DNA of 24,163 nt from the IMG/VR virus record IMGVR_UViG_3300028587_000041, positions 1 to 24,163 of that record; one strand, 5' to 3'. This DNA comes from a virus (taxonomy: Duplodnaviria; Caudoviricetes). Shown here piece after piece: positions 7,236 to 15,864 of this stretch. Each line of letters begins with the position of its first letter. Position 1 is the stretch's first letter. A model generated the notes under the pieces. It had not been told where the DNA came from, did not search any database, and saw only the letters and a list, made by a program, of their open reading frames with translations. The position numbers and the translations under genes are program-made.

Positions 7236-8560
7236 ACGAGGCCCCATTCAATCCGATCGGTTGGCTCCTGGACCGCGTAGGGCCGCGTCTAACGGCGCCC
7301 CTGAACGAGTCTAAGGCCATTGTCCCCATCGGCCAAGATCCTGCGCTAGCGGCCTTCTACGGAGAAGCTAGCCGCCAGGACGGCACGAACTTCCGGACTA
7401 ACCAGGTCACCCTGGCCGAGTTCCAGGACAACATGGCGGTCAACGAGGCCTCGGTCCTGGCCATATCCGCCACCTGGGCCTGCGTGAACCTGCTGGCCGG
7501 CACGATCGCTTCGCTGCCTTTGATGGTCTTCCGCGGCAACGGCGCCGACCGCAAGGTGGCCTTTGACCACCCGCTTTATGGTGTTCTTCACGACAGCCCG
7601 AACGCGGACCAGACCGCCCTGGACTTCTGGGAGTTCATCTGCGCCTGCCTCGAGCTTCGGGGCGATGGCTTCGCCGAGATCCGGCGTCGAGCCGACAAGT
7701 CGGTCATCTCCCTCGAGCCACCGATCCCACCGCAGATGGTGCAGGTAAGGCGGTCCAAGTCCGGGGCATTGGAGTATACCATCACCCAAGGCGGGAAGTC
7801 CAGGACGGTCTCGCAATCCAACATCCTCCACATCCGCGGGTTCGGGGGCTCGCCGCTCGGTGGCCTTTCCACCTTGGCCTTCGGGCGGCGAGTCTTCGGC
7901 TCTGCAATGGCGATCGACTCGGCGGCCACCTCGACCTTCCGGAACGGTGTCCGGACTTCCGGCGCCTTCGTCTCCGATCACGTTCTCGACAAGGAACAGA
8001 TGGAGACAGTCGAGAAGAGGGTCTCCGAGAAATATCAAGGCGCGGTGAACGCTGGCCGGCCGCTGGTCCTCAACGCGGGAATGAAGTGGCAGAACATCTC
8101 CATCTCCCCTGAAGACGCGCAGATGCTTGAGAGCCGAGCATTCGGCATCGAAGAGATCTGCCGCATGTTTGGTGTCCCGCCGCACATGGTCGGCCATACC
8201 CAGAAGGTCACCAGCTGGGGCACTGGCCTGGAGCAACAGACTCTGGGCTTCCAGAAGTTTACGCTTCGCCGCCGCCTGAAGCGGATCGAGCAAGCTCTGG
8301 AGAAGCAACTCCTCACCGCGGCCGACAAGGCCCAGGGCATCTCGATCGAGTTCAACCTCGAGGGCTTGCTCCGTGGGGACAGCGCCAGCAGGGCCACGTT
8401 CTACCAGGCTGCATTGGGTGATACCCAGAAGCCTGGATGGATGGTAAGGAACGAAGTGCGGCGCCTCGAGAACCTGCCGCCGATCGCAGGATGGGACGAA
8501 CCGGTGGAGTTGATTAGCGGGAAACCGCAGGGAGAAGACGATGCTGCACAAGGACTTTAG
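7232..8560 (+). CDS. Portal protein, HK97 family
   Basis: WACVNLLAGTIASLPL, HPLYGVLHDSPN, ILHIRG, DAQMLESR..IEEICRMFGVPPHMVG, NEVRRLENLPP. Confidence 0.96.
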   Translation: MNEAPFNPIGWLLDRVGPRLTAPLNESKAIVPIGQDPALAAFYGEASRQDGTNFRTNQVTLAEFQDNMAVNEASVLAISATWACVNLLAGTIASLPLMVFRGNGADRKVAFDHPLYGVLHDSPNADQTALDFWEFICACLELRGDGFAEIRRRADKSVISLEPPIPPQMVQVRRSKSGALEYTITQGGKSRTVSQSNILHIRGFGGSPLGGLSTLAFGRRVFGSAMAIDSAATSTFRNGVRTSGAFVSDHVLDKEQMETVEKRVSEKYQGAVNAGRPLVLNAGMKWQNISISPEDAQMLESRAFGIEEICRMFGVPPHMVGHTQKVTSWGTGLEQQTLGFQKFTLRRRLKRIEQALEKQLLTAADKAQGISIEFNLEGLLRGDSASRATFYQAALGDTQKPGWMVRNEVRRLENLPPIAGWDEPVELISGKPQGEDDAAQGL

Positions 8561-9197
8561 TCTCGAGATCAAAGAGACCGGCAAGGACGGCACCGTCGAG
8601 GGATATGCCTCGGTCTTCGGTGGCGCGCCGGACCTGGGCGGTGACATCATCGCTCCTGGCGCTTTCTCGGACACACTGGTCGAGCATCGCCGCAAGGGCA
8701 CGAAGCCATTGATGCTCTGGGGCCATGACTCGTCCCAGCCACCGATCGGGAACTGGGAAGACCTGGCCGAGGACGGCAAAGGTCTCTGGCTTAAGGGCCA
8801 GATCGACATTGAGGACCCGATGGGCCTGCGTGTCCATCGAGCCCTGTTCCGCAAGTCCATGAAGGGGCTCTCGATCGGGTATCGGACCAAGCAGGCCGAC
8901 ATGGACCCGAAGAACCCAGGCATCAGGACGTTGAAAGCGGTCGACCTGTTCGAGGTCTCGTTCGTCAACTTCCCCATGCAGCCGCGGGCTGGCGTCGACT
9001 CAGTCAAGTCGGCCGTCCAGGATATTCTAGGCGTCGGCCAGCTGCCGAGCCTCCCACAGTTCGAGGACCTCCTGCGAGAGGCAGGATTTTCGAAGTCGCA
9101 AGCCACTGCCATTGCTGGTAAGGGTCTTGCACCTCTGCTCCGGAGTGAGTCCGGCGGAGACCCAGCGCTTGAATTCCTCAAGTCGCTAAAAGGATAG
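8541..9197 (+). CDS. Prohead maturation protease, HK97 family
   Basis: VEGYASVFG, LMLWGHD, PIGNW, GLSIGY, LFEVSFVNFP. Confidence 0.95.
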   Translation: MLHKDFSLEIKETGKDGTVEGYASVFGGAPDLGGDIIAPGAFSDTLVEHRRKGTKPLMLWGHDSSQPPIGNWEDLAEDGKGLWLKGQIDIEDPMGLRVHRALFRKSMKGLSIGYRTKQADMDPKNPGIRTLKAVDLFEVSFVNFPMQPRAGVDSVKSAVQDILGVGQLPSLPQFEDLLREAGFSKSQATAIAGKGLAPLLRSESGGDPALEFLKSLKG

Positions 9198-9210
9198 AGA
9201 AGGACATAAC

Positions 9211-10539
9211 ATGCGACGTAATGCTATGCTTCTCGGTTCGGTCGCCGCCCTTGGGGCCATGACTGCAGCCGAGCGCGCCACGGGCCGCTATATGCGTGCG
9301 CCGGATGGTCACGGTGACACCGAGACCAAGACCGCCAAGGAACTGGCCGACGAGATCAAGTCGGACTTCGACAAGAAGTTCGATGAGGTCAAGAAGATCG
9401 CAACCGATGCGGTCGGTAAGGCCGAGAAAGCCGAAGCCCTCTCCACCTCGGAGAAGGAAAAGGCCGACGAGGCCCTCCTCCAATTCGCCGAGGCCAAAAA
9501 GCGCCTTGACGAGCTCGAGCAGAAGTTCGAGCGCGGCGGTGAAGATGAACCGGAGACCCCGCAGACCGCAGGCTACCAGTTCATCGAGAACGACGAAGTC
9601 AAGTCGTTCATGGCCAACCCGACCGCCGGCAAGCGCGTCGGTGTCGAGCTCAAGGCGATTATCTCCGGTCTCACGACCGACGCCCTGGGTTCGGCTGGTG
9701 ACCTGGTTGTTCCCGATCGGGGCACCCTGGTTCGCCTGCTCGATCGCCGGATGACGGTCCGCGATCTTCTCACTCCGGGTCGGACGGGCAGCAGCTCGAT
9801 CCAGTATCCGGTGGAGACGGGCTTCACCAACGCCGCCGCGACCCATACGGAAACGGGCGGGACCACCAAGCCTCAGTCGGACATCAAGTTCGATATCGAG
9901 ACCACGGCGGTCACGACCATCGCTCACTGGGTCCTGGCGACGCGGCAGATCCTCGACGACGCTCCGATGCTTCAGAGCTACATCGACGGCCGCCTTCGTT
10001 ATGGTCTCGAGTACGCGGAAGAGCTCCAGCTCCTCCACGGCGACGGCACCGGCACGAACCTGAACGGCATCTACACCCAGGCGACCGCACTGGCCGCCAA
10101 TCCGGGCGTAGTGACCTACCCGAACAAGATGGACGTCATCCGGTTCGCTATGCTTCAGGGCTTCCTGGCGGAGCTTCCGCCGACGGGCATCGTGATGCAC
10201 CCGACCGATTGGGCCGGCATCGAGCTGCTCAAGGACGATGTGGGCCGCTACATCATCGGCAACCCGCAGGGGACCGCGGACAAGCGTCTGTGGGGCCTTC
10301 CGGTCGTCGACACCCAGGCAATGACCTTGGACAAGTTCTTGGTCGGCGCCTTCAAGATGGGTGCTCAGATCTTCGATCGCCAAGACGCCCGCGTCGAGGT
10401 CTCGACCGAAGACAGCGACAACTTCCGGAAGAACCTCGTGACGATCCTGGCGGAAGAGCGACTGGCCCTTGCGGTCTATCGCCCCGAGGCCTTCGTCAAG
10501 GGCGACTTCAGCGACGCGGTGACCGACATCACGTCCTAA
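9211..10539 (+). CDS. Major capsid protein, HK97 fold, with coiled-coil delta domain
   Basis: AGDLVVP, TIAHWVLATRQILDD, QLLHGDG, IVMHPTDW, GRYI, RLWGLPVV, FRKNLVTILAEERL..YRPEAFV; AAGGA SD. Confidence 0.97.
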   Translation: MRRNAMLLGSVAALGAMTAAERATGRYMRAPDGHGDTETKTAKELADEIKSDFDKKFDEVKKIATDAVGKAEKAEALSTSEKEKADEALLQFAEAKKRLDELEQKFERGGEDEPETPQTAGYQFIENDEVKSFMANPTAGKRVGVELKAIISGLTTDALGSAGDLVVPDRGTLVRLLDRRMTVRDLLTPGRTGSSSIQYPVETGFTNAAATHTETGGTTKPQSDIKFDIETTAVTTIAHWVLATRQILDDAPMLQSYIDGRLRYGLEYAEELQLLHGDGTGTNLNGIYTQATALAANPGVVTYPNKMDVIRFAMLQGFLAELPPTGIVMHPTDWAGIELLKDDVGRYIIGNPQGTADKRLWGLPVVDTQAMTLDKFLVGAFKMGAQIFDRQDARVEVSTEDSDNFRKNLVTILAEERLALAVYRPEAFVKGDFSDAVTDITS

Positions 10540-10545
10540 TAGCCT

Positions 10546-10576
10546 GGAGGGGAACTTTCGGGTTCCCCTCCCTTTT
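10546..10576 (+). terminator. Intrinsic terminator after major capsid gene
   Basis: GGAGGGGAACT-TTCG-GGTTCCCCTCC followed by CTTTT. Confidence 0.8.
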
Positions 10577-10617
10577 AGAGCGCTGGGACGGTCCAGCGTT
10601 CCAGAAGGGAGTAGATC

Positions 10618-10896
10618 ATGGCAGACAAGGACGATCTCGGAAACGTTGAAGGATCGAAGATCCTGAAGAACGAAGACAATCGAGCCGAGCGCCGCGTTGA
10701 GCGCACCGGCACGGTTCACCTCATGGAACAGAAAATGTTCGGTGGGGCGCCGGAGAACAAGGACGCCGGCGGCAAGTCGCTCAACTCGATGACCAAGGCC
10801 GAACTCGTCTCGACCGCGGAAGCCGAGGGCGTGGACATCGAGACCGACGACAACCGTGCTGACCTGATCGAGAAGATCGAGAAGGCTCGCGGCTAA
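10618..10896 (+). CDS. Small head-associated protein with C-terminal Rho-N/HeH-like motif
   Basis: LNSMTKAELVSTAEAEGVDIETDDNRADLIEKIE; position right after the capsid gene; GGGAG SD. Confidence 0.7.
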   Translation: MADKDDLGNVEGSKILKNEDNRAERRVERTGTVHLMEQKMFGGAPENKDAGGKSLNSMTKAELVSTAEAEGVDIETDDNRADLIEKIEKARG

Positions 10897-10899
10897 CAG

Positions 10900-11409
10900 A
10901 TGGCTGAACCCGTCTCCCTCCAGGAAGCGAAGGACTACCTTCGCATTCTCGATACTACCGAGGACACCAAGGTCTCGGAGATGATCCCTCGCGCACGGCG
11001 TTGGGTCGAGGACCATACGGGCCACGCCCTGGTCCAGCGGGCGTTTGTCGAAGGACATACTCCGCGGAGGGGACGGGTTCAGCTTGACTTCATTCCGGTC
11101 CTGGCTTTAAGCTCAGTGACCTATCGGGATGGCGACGGCGTCCAGCAGAGCTACTCCGCCCGCCACTTCCCACCTGGAGCTCTCGTCTTCGCCAATTTGA
11201 CCGAGGCATGGCCCTTGCTCAACCAGGACGAGGAGTTCACCTTTACCTATACCGCCGGCCCTGACGCCTCCAACCCGATCGACCCGAGGCATGTCGGCGC
11301 TATCCTGGCCCTGGTTGAGGGCGAGTACTCCGAGGGCTATGCCTATCCGGAGCGGGCGATCGAGGCCGCCAAGCTGATCTGCCAGAATGCTCGAACGGTT
11401 GTGGTCTAA
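10900..11409 (+). CDS. Head-tail connector (HK97 gp6-like)
   Basis: EPVSLQEAKDYLRI, ARRWVEDHTGHALVQR, FTYTAG. Confidence 0.9.
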   Translation: MAEPVSLQEAKDYLRILDTTEDTKVSEMIPRARRWVEDHTGHALVQRAFVEGHTPRRGRVQLDFIPVLALSSVTYRDGDGVQQSYSARHFPPGALVFANLTEAWPLLNQDEEFTFTYTAGPDASNPIDPRHVGAILALVEGEYSEGYAYPERAIEAAKLICQNARTVVV

Positions 11410-13316
11410 TGCCCGAGGGTCGGGACAGGGACTATAACAGCCTCTACGGCTTCGGTGGACGGCCGAAAGCTCCCAGGGGTAAGTTCGACCGCCTCGTGAC
11501 CTTCATGGTGCCTACGGTCGCCGAAACGAATGACTGGAACGAGAATGTTCCGGGCGATCCGATCGAGACGCCGGTCTGGGCGATGATCAAGTCGGCTCCA
11601 GGCACTGAGCGGTTCGCCAATGCCGAGAACGCCGCGGTCTCGCTTATCAGGATCTTCGTTCGGTGGCGTGCCGACCTCGTGAACTACACGGGCCATGTCA
11701 AGCACGACAATCGGCAGTATGACGTCAAGTCGATCCAGGAGATCGGCCGGCGGGAGCTGCTTGAGATCATAGCCGTCGCATCGGCCGACCTCTACGTCTA
11801 CCGCATCCCACCGCCCGCCAATGACACCCTGCCGGCCATCATCGGCGTTGCCTTCCCTGGCGTGACCCTTGTTGCTTCGCCTGGCACTTGGTCCGGGACA
11901 TACAGCGAACTGACCTACCAGTGGCTCAAGGACGGTGTGGCGATCCCTGGGGCTACGACCAACAGCTATCTGTTTGATGCGGCCGATGAGGGCTCGGAGA
12001 TTACGGTTGAGGTAAGCGCCTCAAACACCTTCGGGTCGGCTACTGCCACCTCAGAGCCGGTTGAGCCTCTTGTGCCGCTCGCGATCAGCGACTTTTCGGC
12101 TGGTGTCTATTCCATCGGAGGTGAGGCTAAGACGCTGGACGATCTCTGGATGGAGGACGCGGCCAATTGGGGGGCCTTCGATCCTGAAACTTCGGTCATT
12201 CCAGGCCAGGGGTTGACGGCCTTGTCTGTTAATAATGCGGGCGCTATTGCTACTCCAGAACTGGCGGGGGCCTTGTTCCCTGCCTCTGATGGCTTGGTTA
12301 TTGTCTGGGACCATTACGCCGAAGTGCCGCCTGGTGGCTGGGCTTATTCGGAAGCGGCGCTGTTCAACTTCCCAGCCTGGGACGTTTATTGGACCTTGTG
12401 GATTGGTTCCGCGTCTCGCGGGGTTTCCGACTGGCCCGGAGTGATTGAAGATATCGTGCCTAATCCGGTTCCGGCTATTTCAAATTACAATCGGCACCGG
12501 ATGGCCATGCTCTACTCCAATGGTCGTTTCGCCTTGTCGATCGACGGCTCGGCTCCGATCGAGATCGGCGATCCCTTGGACTTCAACGATCACAACACTC
12601 TCACCGTCGCTCCGGCGGCGGGAGCCGGAGCAACAGCTAGTGTCGCTCGAGTAGAATTCTATGGCCCGCAAGCTGCCGACCTACTGAGTTCGCTATCGGC
12701 GCTACCACCTCTCGAGCCCATCGCGGTGATGGATTTCCAAGCTGGCGAATATACTCTTGACGGGGAAGCCAAAGTCTTTGCCGACATTTGGACTTTGGGT
12801 GGGAATGTCGCCCTTATTCCGGGGCAGGGTTTGCAATCACAAGATAACGCTAACGGGGTTTATTCCTTCGCTACTGCTGCGGGGGACTTGCTGGCTCGGT
12901 TAAATGAACTCGATGGCAACTTCGTTGGGGTGATGGAATATGAAAGCACAAACGGAAGTTTGGGCGCTGACATCCATACCGCAGGCTATGCCCTTTCTTA
13001 CGGTGTGTGGAACCGGACGACAAGGGTCGATAATTACGACTATGGCACCACAACGATAATTGCTCCAATCGACTCGGCAGTATTGCAGCGCAAAATGGCG
13101 TGGCTTTGGTCCCCGACCAAGCTGAAGATCGCTGTTAACGGGTCGGCGGTTTCCGAAAGCACCGGTGCAATTCTCTCCGTTCCAACACCCTACAATTTTG
13201 ATCTTCAGATCCAGGAGGGCGCAAATCTAGGGGTCACTGCCCAAGCGACAGTTCGTCGTCTGGTTATTTACGGACCCGAAGTTGGTAACTTCCTTCAGGA
13301 GCTTTCGACGCTATGA
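11409..13316 (+). CDS. Head-closure protein (SPP1 gp16-like) fused to an Ig-like domain and two LamG/lectin-like repeats
   Basis: aa ~22-126 RGKFDRLVTF..VWAMI..GTERF..IFVRWR..YDVKSIQEIGRRELLEI; aa ~135-218 PANDTLPAI..TYQWLKDGVAIPGAT..ITVEVSASN; two ~200-aa repeats. Confidence 0.85.
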   Translation: MPEGRDRDYNSLYGFGGRPKAPRGKFDRLVTFMVPTVAETNDWNENVPGDPIETPVWAMIKSAPGTERFANAENAAVSLIRIFVRWRADLVNYTGHVKHDNRQYDVKSIQEIGRRELLEIIAVASADLYVYRIPPPANDTLPAIIGVAFPGVTLVASPGTWSGTYSELTYQWLKDGVAIPGATTNSYLFDAADEGSEITVEVSASNTFGSATATSEPVEPLVPLAISDFSAGVYSIGGEAKTLDDLWMEDAANWGAFDPETSVIPGQGLTALSVNNAGAIATPELAGALFPASDGLVIVWDHYAEVPPGGWAYSEAALFNFPAWDVYWTLWIGSASRGVSDWPGVIEDIVPNPVPAISNYNRHRMAMLYSNGRFALSIDGSAPIEIGDPLDFNDHNTLTVAPAAGAGATASVARVEFYGPQAADLLSSLSALPPLEPIAVMDFQAGEYTLDGEAKVFADIWTLGGNVALIPGQGLQSQDNANGVYSFATAAGDLLARLNELDGNFVGVMEYESTNGSLGADIHTAGYALSYGVWNRTTRVDNYDYGTTTIIAPIDSAVLQRKMAWLWSPTKLKIAVNGSAVSESTGAILSVPTPYNFDLQIQEGANLGVTAQATVRRLVIYGPEVGNFLQELSTL

Positions 13317-13909
13317 TTAAGCTGCTCATGATCCTGCCCCTGTTGTTCCTCGCCGCCTGTGGCGGTGACAACGACAAGCCACGTTCGACACCACGACCGC
13401 CGGCGATTGATGCCGACACCTTGTGGTGGGTGGGGGCGCCGAGCGCTCGTCCGATCATGGGCAACGTGGTCGACATCCCCGCGGAGGGTAAGGCCAACTA
13501 CGTCACCAGAAAGTGCGACCTCGAAGGTAAGCAAGAAATCTCGCTCACCTTTTCGCTCAATGGACCGATCCTCAGCGCCACTCCTCCGATCGGTCCAGGG
13601 CTGGTCACGCTCTATCTCCAGCGGAAGGGGGACAACTGGACTGGCGTCGGCGAGTACGAGACCTTTCGTTGGTATGCTACGGGCTCGACGATCACGACCA
13701 ATGGCGCTGGCACCTATACCATCACCGCCAAACTCTCCGATCGGTGGACCGCTATCCAGCTGAGCAACAGCTACTCCAGCCCACATAAGTTCTACGAGGC
13801 AAAACAGGACTGCGATCGCATGGGCTTCGTCCTCGGTGGCGGGACAGGCTATGGCCACGGAGTGACTGGGCCGGCCACGCTCACAATCCTGGACTACTCG
13901 GTCCGGTGA
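13313..13909 (+). CDS. Predicted lipoprotein, unknown function
   Basis: MIK + hydrophobic core + lipobox LAA/C16, Pro-rich linker, then a beta-rich domain; coupled at both ends. Confidence 0.8.
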   Translation: MIKLLMILPLLFLAACGGDNDKPRSTPRPPAIDADTLWWVGAPSARPIMGNVVDIPAEGKANYVTRKCDLEGKQEISLTFSLNGPILSATPPIGPGLVTLYLQRKGDNWTGVGEYETFRWYATGSTITTNGAGTYTITAKLSDRWTAIQLSNSYSSPHKFYEAKQDCDRMGFVLGGGTGYGHGVTGPATLTILDYSVR

Positions 13910-14340
13910 CCAAGAACCGCCTCGAGGGCTTCAAAGAGTGCCGCGAGGTCCTCCAGGAGCTAAGCAAGACTGTCCAGCGGAACACTGGGCGGCGAGCTCT
14001 TGAGGTCCCCGCTGGTATCATAGCCGAGGCGGTCAAAGCCCGAGCCAAAGTCTCCGATCGGGCCGGCAACCAAACACCTGGGTCGCTTCGGGAGAGCATC
14101 AAGGTTGGGAAGGAAAGGGCGAAAGGGACACAGGCCCGCATCCATGTCATCGCCGACGACGTGGCGGCCGTGCCTAAGGAGTTTGGTCTCACAGGCCGCG
14201 ACTACCCCGCCGAGCCATTCTTCCGACCCGCGGTGGACGCGGTAGCGAACGCTGCGATAAATGCCTTTGCCGCCGCCCTTAAGCCCGAGGTCACCGCGGT
14301 CGCTGCCAAGGCGGCGAAACGAGCGATGAAGGCGAAGTAA
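13906..14340 (+). CDS. HK97 gp10-like tail component
   Basis: LEGFKE..LQEL, PGSLRESI, EFG...PAEPFFRPAVD. Confidence 0.9.
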   Translation: MTKNRLEGFKECREVLQELSKTVQRNTGRRALEVPAGIIAEAVKARAKVSDRAGNQTPGSLRESIKVGKERAKGTQARIHVIADDVAAVPKEFGLTGRDYPAEPFFRPAVDAVANAAINAFAAALKPEVTAVAAKAAKRAMKAK

Positions 14341-14741
14341 TGCTGCAACCCGCGATCATCACCCGACTCGAAGACGCCGCCGCGGTCACGGACCTGGTGG
14401 CTAACAGGATCTACTGGGTGGTGCGGCCCCAGGCTGATCCCCTGCCGGCGGTGGTCCTCCAAGTCATCAGCGCTCCTCGGACCGAGCACCTGAAGGGTCC
14501 GAACGACATGCAGGAGACGACAGTCCAGGTCGACTGCCTCTCCAACCGGAGCACTTCCCAGGCCCACGCCTTAGCCCAAGCGTGCATCGACGCGCTGATC
14601 CCCGTGGCTACCGTCGGAGAAGACGTTTTCTGGCGGGCTTCTTATGTCGGCCCCAGGGATATGGGAGCGCAGACACAAACAGGGTTTATCCATCGAGCGG
14701 TCGTGGATATAACATTCAGGCATGGCACCGCTGAGGAGTAA
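14340..14741 (+). CDS. Tail completion/terminator protein (DUF3168/gp17-like)
   Basis: LVANRIYW..PQ..LPAVVLQVIS, TTVQVDC. Confidence 0.88.
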   Translation: MLQPAIITRLEDAAAVTDLVANRIYWVVRPQADPLPAVVLQVISAPRTEHLKGPNDMQETTVQVDCLSNRSTSQAHALAQACIDALIPVATVGEDVFWRASYVGPRDMGAQTQTGFIHRAVVDITFRHGTAEE

Positions 14742-14747
14742 TGGAAA

Positions 14748-15197
14748 ATGGCTGACACGCAACTAGCAGGCACCGGTTGGGGTGGCGAGTTCTGGCTCGA
14801 CAATGACGCCGTAACCCCTGTCCTGACCGAGCTCAAGCAGGTCAAGAGCTTCACCCTCCCGCAGGATGAAGTCGAACAGGTTGAGATCACTCACCTCAAG
14901 TCGCCGAACCGCCGGCGTGAATATGCCCCAGGCATGATCGAAGGCGGCGAGTTCGAGGTCACTCTCAACTTCCGCGCAGGTTCGGACACGGACCAGCTTC
15001 TCGCCGATGCGCTGACTGATGGCAGCACGCGCAACTTCAAGGCGGTCATCCCGGAACGCGGCGTTGCTGCTTGGGAGATCGAAGGCGAAGCCATCGTGGT
15101 TGGCTACGACCGCGGCGAGGTTACGCCGGACGATCCCATGGAAGCCACGGTTACGCTCAAGATCACGGGCGCAACCACTGAAGGCGCGCCGGCCTAA
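14748..15197 (+). CDS. Major tail tube protein
   Basis: VEITHLKSPNRRREYAPGMIEGGEF, ATVTLKITG; synteny. Confidence 0.92.
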   Translation: MADTQLAGTGWGGEFWLDNDAVTPVLTELKQVKSFTLPQDEVEQVEITHLKSPNRRREYAPGMIEGGEFEVTLNFRAGSDTDQLLADALTDGSTRNFKAVIPERGVAAWEIEGEAIVVGYDRGEVTPDDPMEATVTLKITGATTEGAPA

Positions 15198-15607
15198 TGG
15201 CTAACCGCGTTTTTGGCGAGGCCAGGCTCCCGCTCAGCGATGGGCGGGAGCTTACCCTCAGGTTCGACTTCAACGCATTGTGTGAAGCCGAAGAGGCAGC
15301 CGGCAAGGGCACTCGGGAGATGATGGCGGAGATGTCCGGCAAGAACGGCTCTCCCCGTCTTAAGACCGCCCGAGGAATGCTCTACGGGGCGCTGCGACAC
15401 CACCACGAGGACATCACCGTCGACGACGCGGGCGAATTACTCCTCACGGATGGCGAGGCCATTTCCGAAGCGATGGGCGAAGCCATGGCTAACATGGCCG
15501 CCCAGAGGGCAGGTGGAGAAAACCCTCCTCAGGGGACGAAGGCAGCGAAGCCGACGTCCCCTGGGACTGGGACGCGCTCCTCCAAGTCTGGGCGGAAGCG
15601 GACTTAG
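15197..15607 (+). CDS. Tail assembly chaperone (lambda gpG analogue)
   Basis: LTLRFDFNALCEAEE, GALRHHH, DAGELL; between tube and tape measure. Confidence 0.88.
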   Translation: MANRVFGEARLPLSDGRELTLRFDFNALCEAEEAAGKGTREMMAEMSGKNGSPRLKTARGMLYGALRHHHEDITVDDAGELLLTDGEAISEAMGEAMANMAAQRAGGENPPQGTKAAKPTSPGTGTRSSKSGRKRT

Positions 15608-15864
15608 ACCCAGAGCAATTCTGGCGTCAGTCTCCCCGATCCTTCTATGCCATTATGAGGGGTCGGGGCAAAGCCCAGAATGAGCACATCATCGCGCTGG
15701 CCCACAAGACGGAGTGGATGAGCAGACAGAAAAGGCTTAAGGACCTAGAGCACTACCTCAAGCCGATGAAGAAGGTCTCGGGAACAGGGGTGGCGACGGC
15801 GATGGCGAAGTTCGAACGCCAAGGCCTGAATGTCAGGGTGAAACGGATCGAGAGGGACGACTAG
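15197..15864 (+). CDS. Frameshifted tail assembly chaperone (gpGT analogue), ~222 aa via -1 shift at 15520-15526
   Basis: A AAC CCT heptamer in the zero frame; -1 frame continues WDWDALLQVWAEADLDPEQFWRQSPR into 15655-15864 and stops right before the tape measure ATG. Confidence 0.8.

Noticed and set aside
7346-11058. Two long abutting antisense ORFs (611 and 626 aa)
   Set aside because: They are mostly in codon register with portal, capsid and connector genes, the usual shadow of GC-rich codon usage; no recognisable motifs.
15655-15864. Stand-alone 69-aa gene
   Set aside because: No SD, and the protein-like frame extends upstream to the slippery site; it is the frameshift extension.
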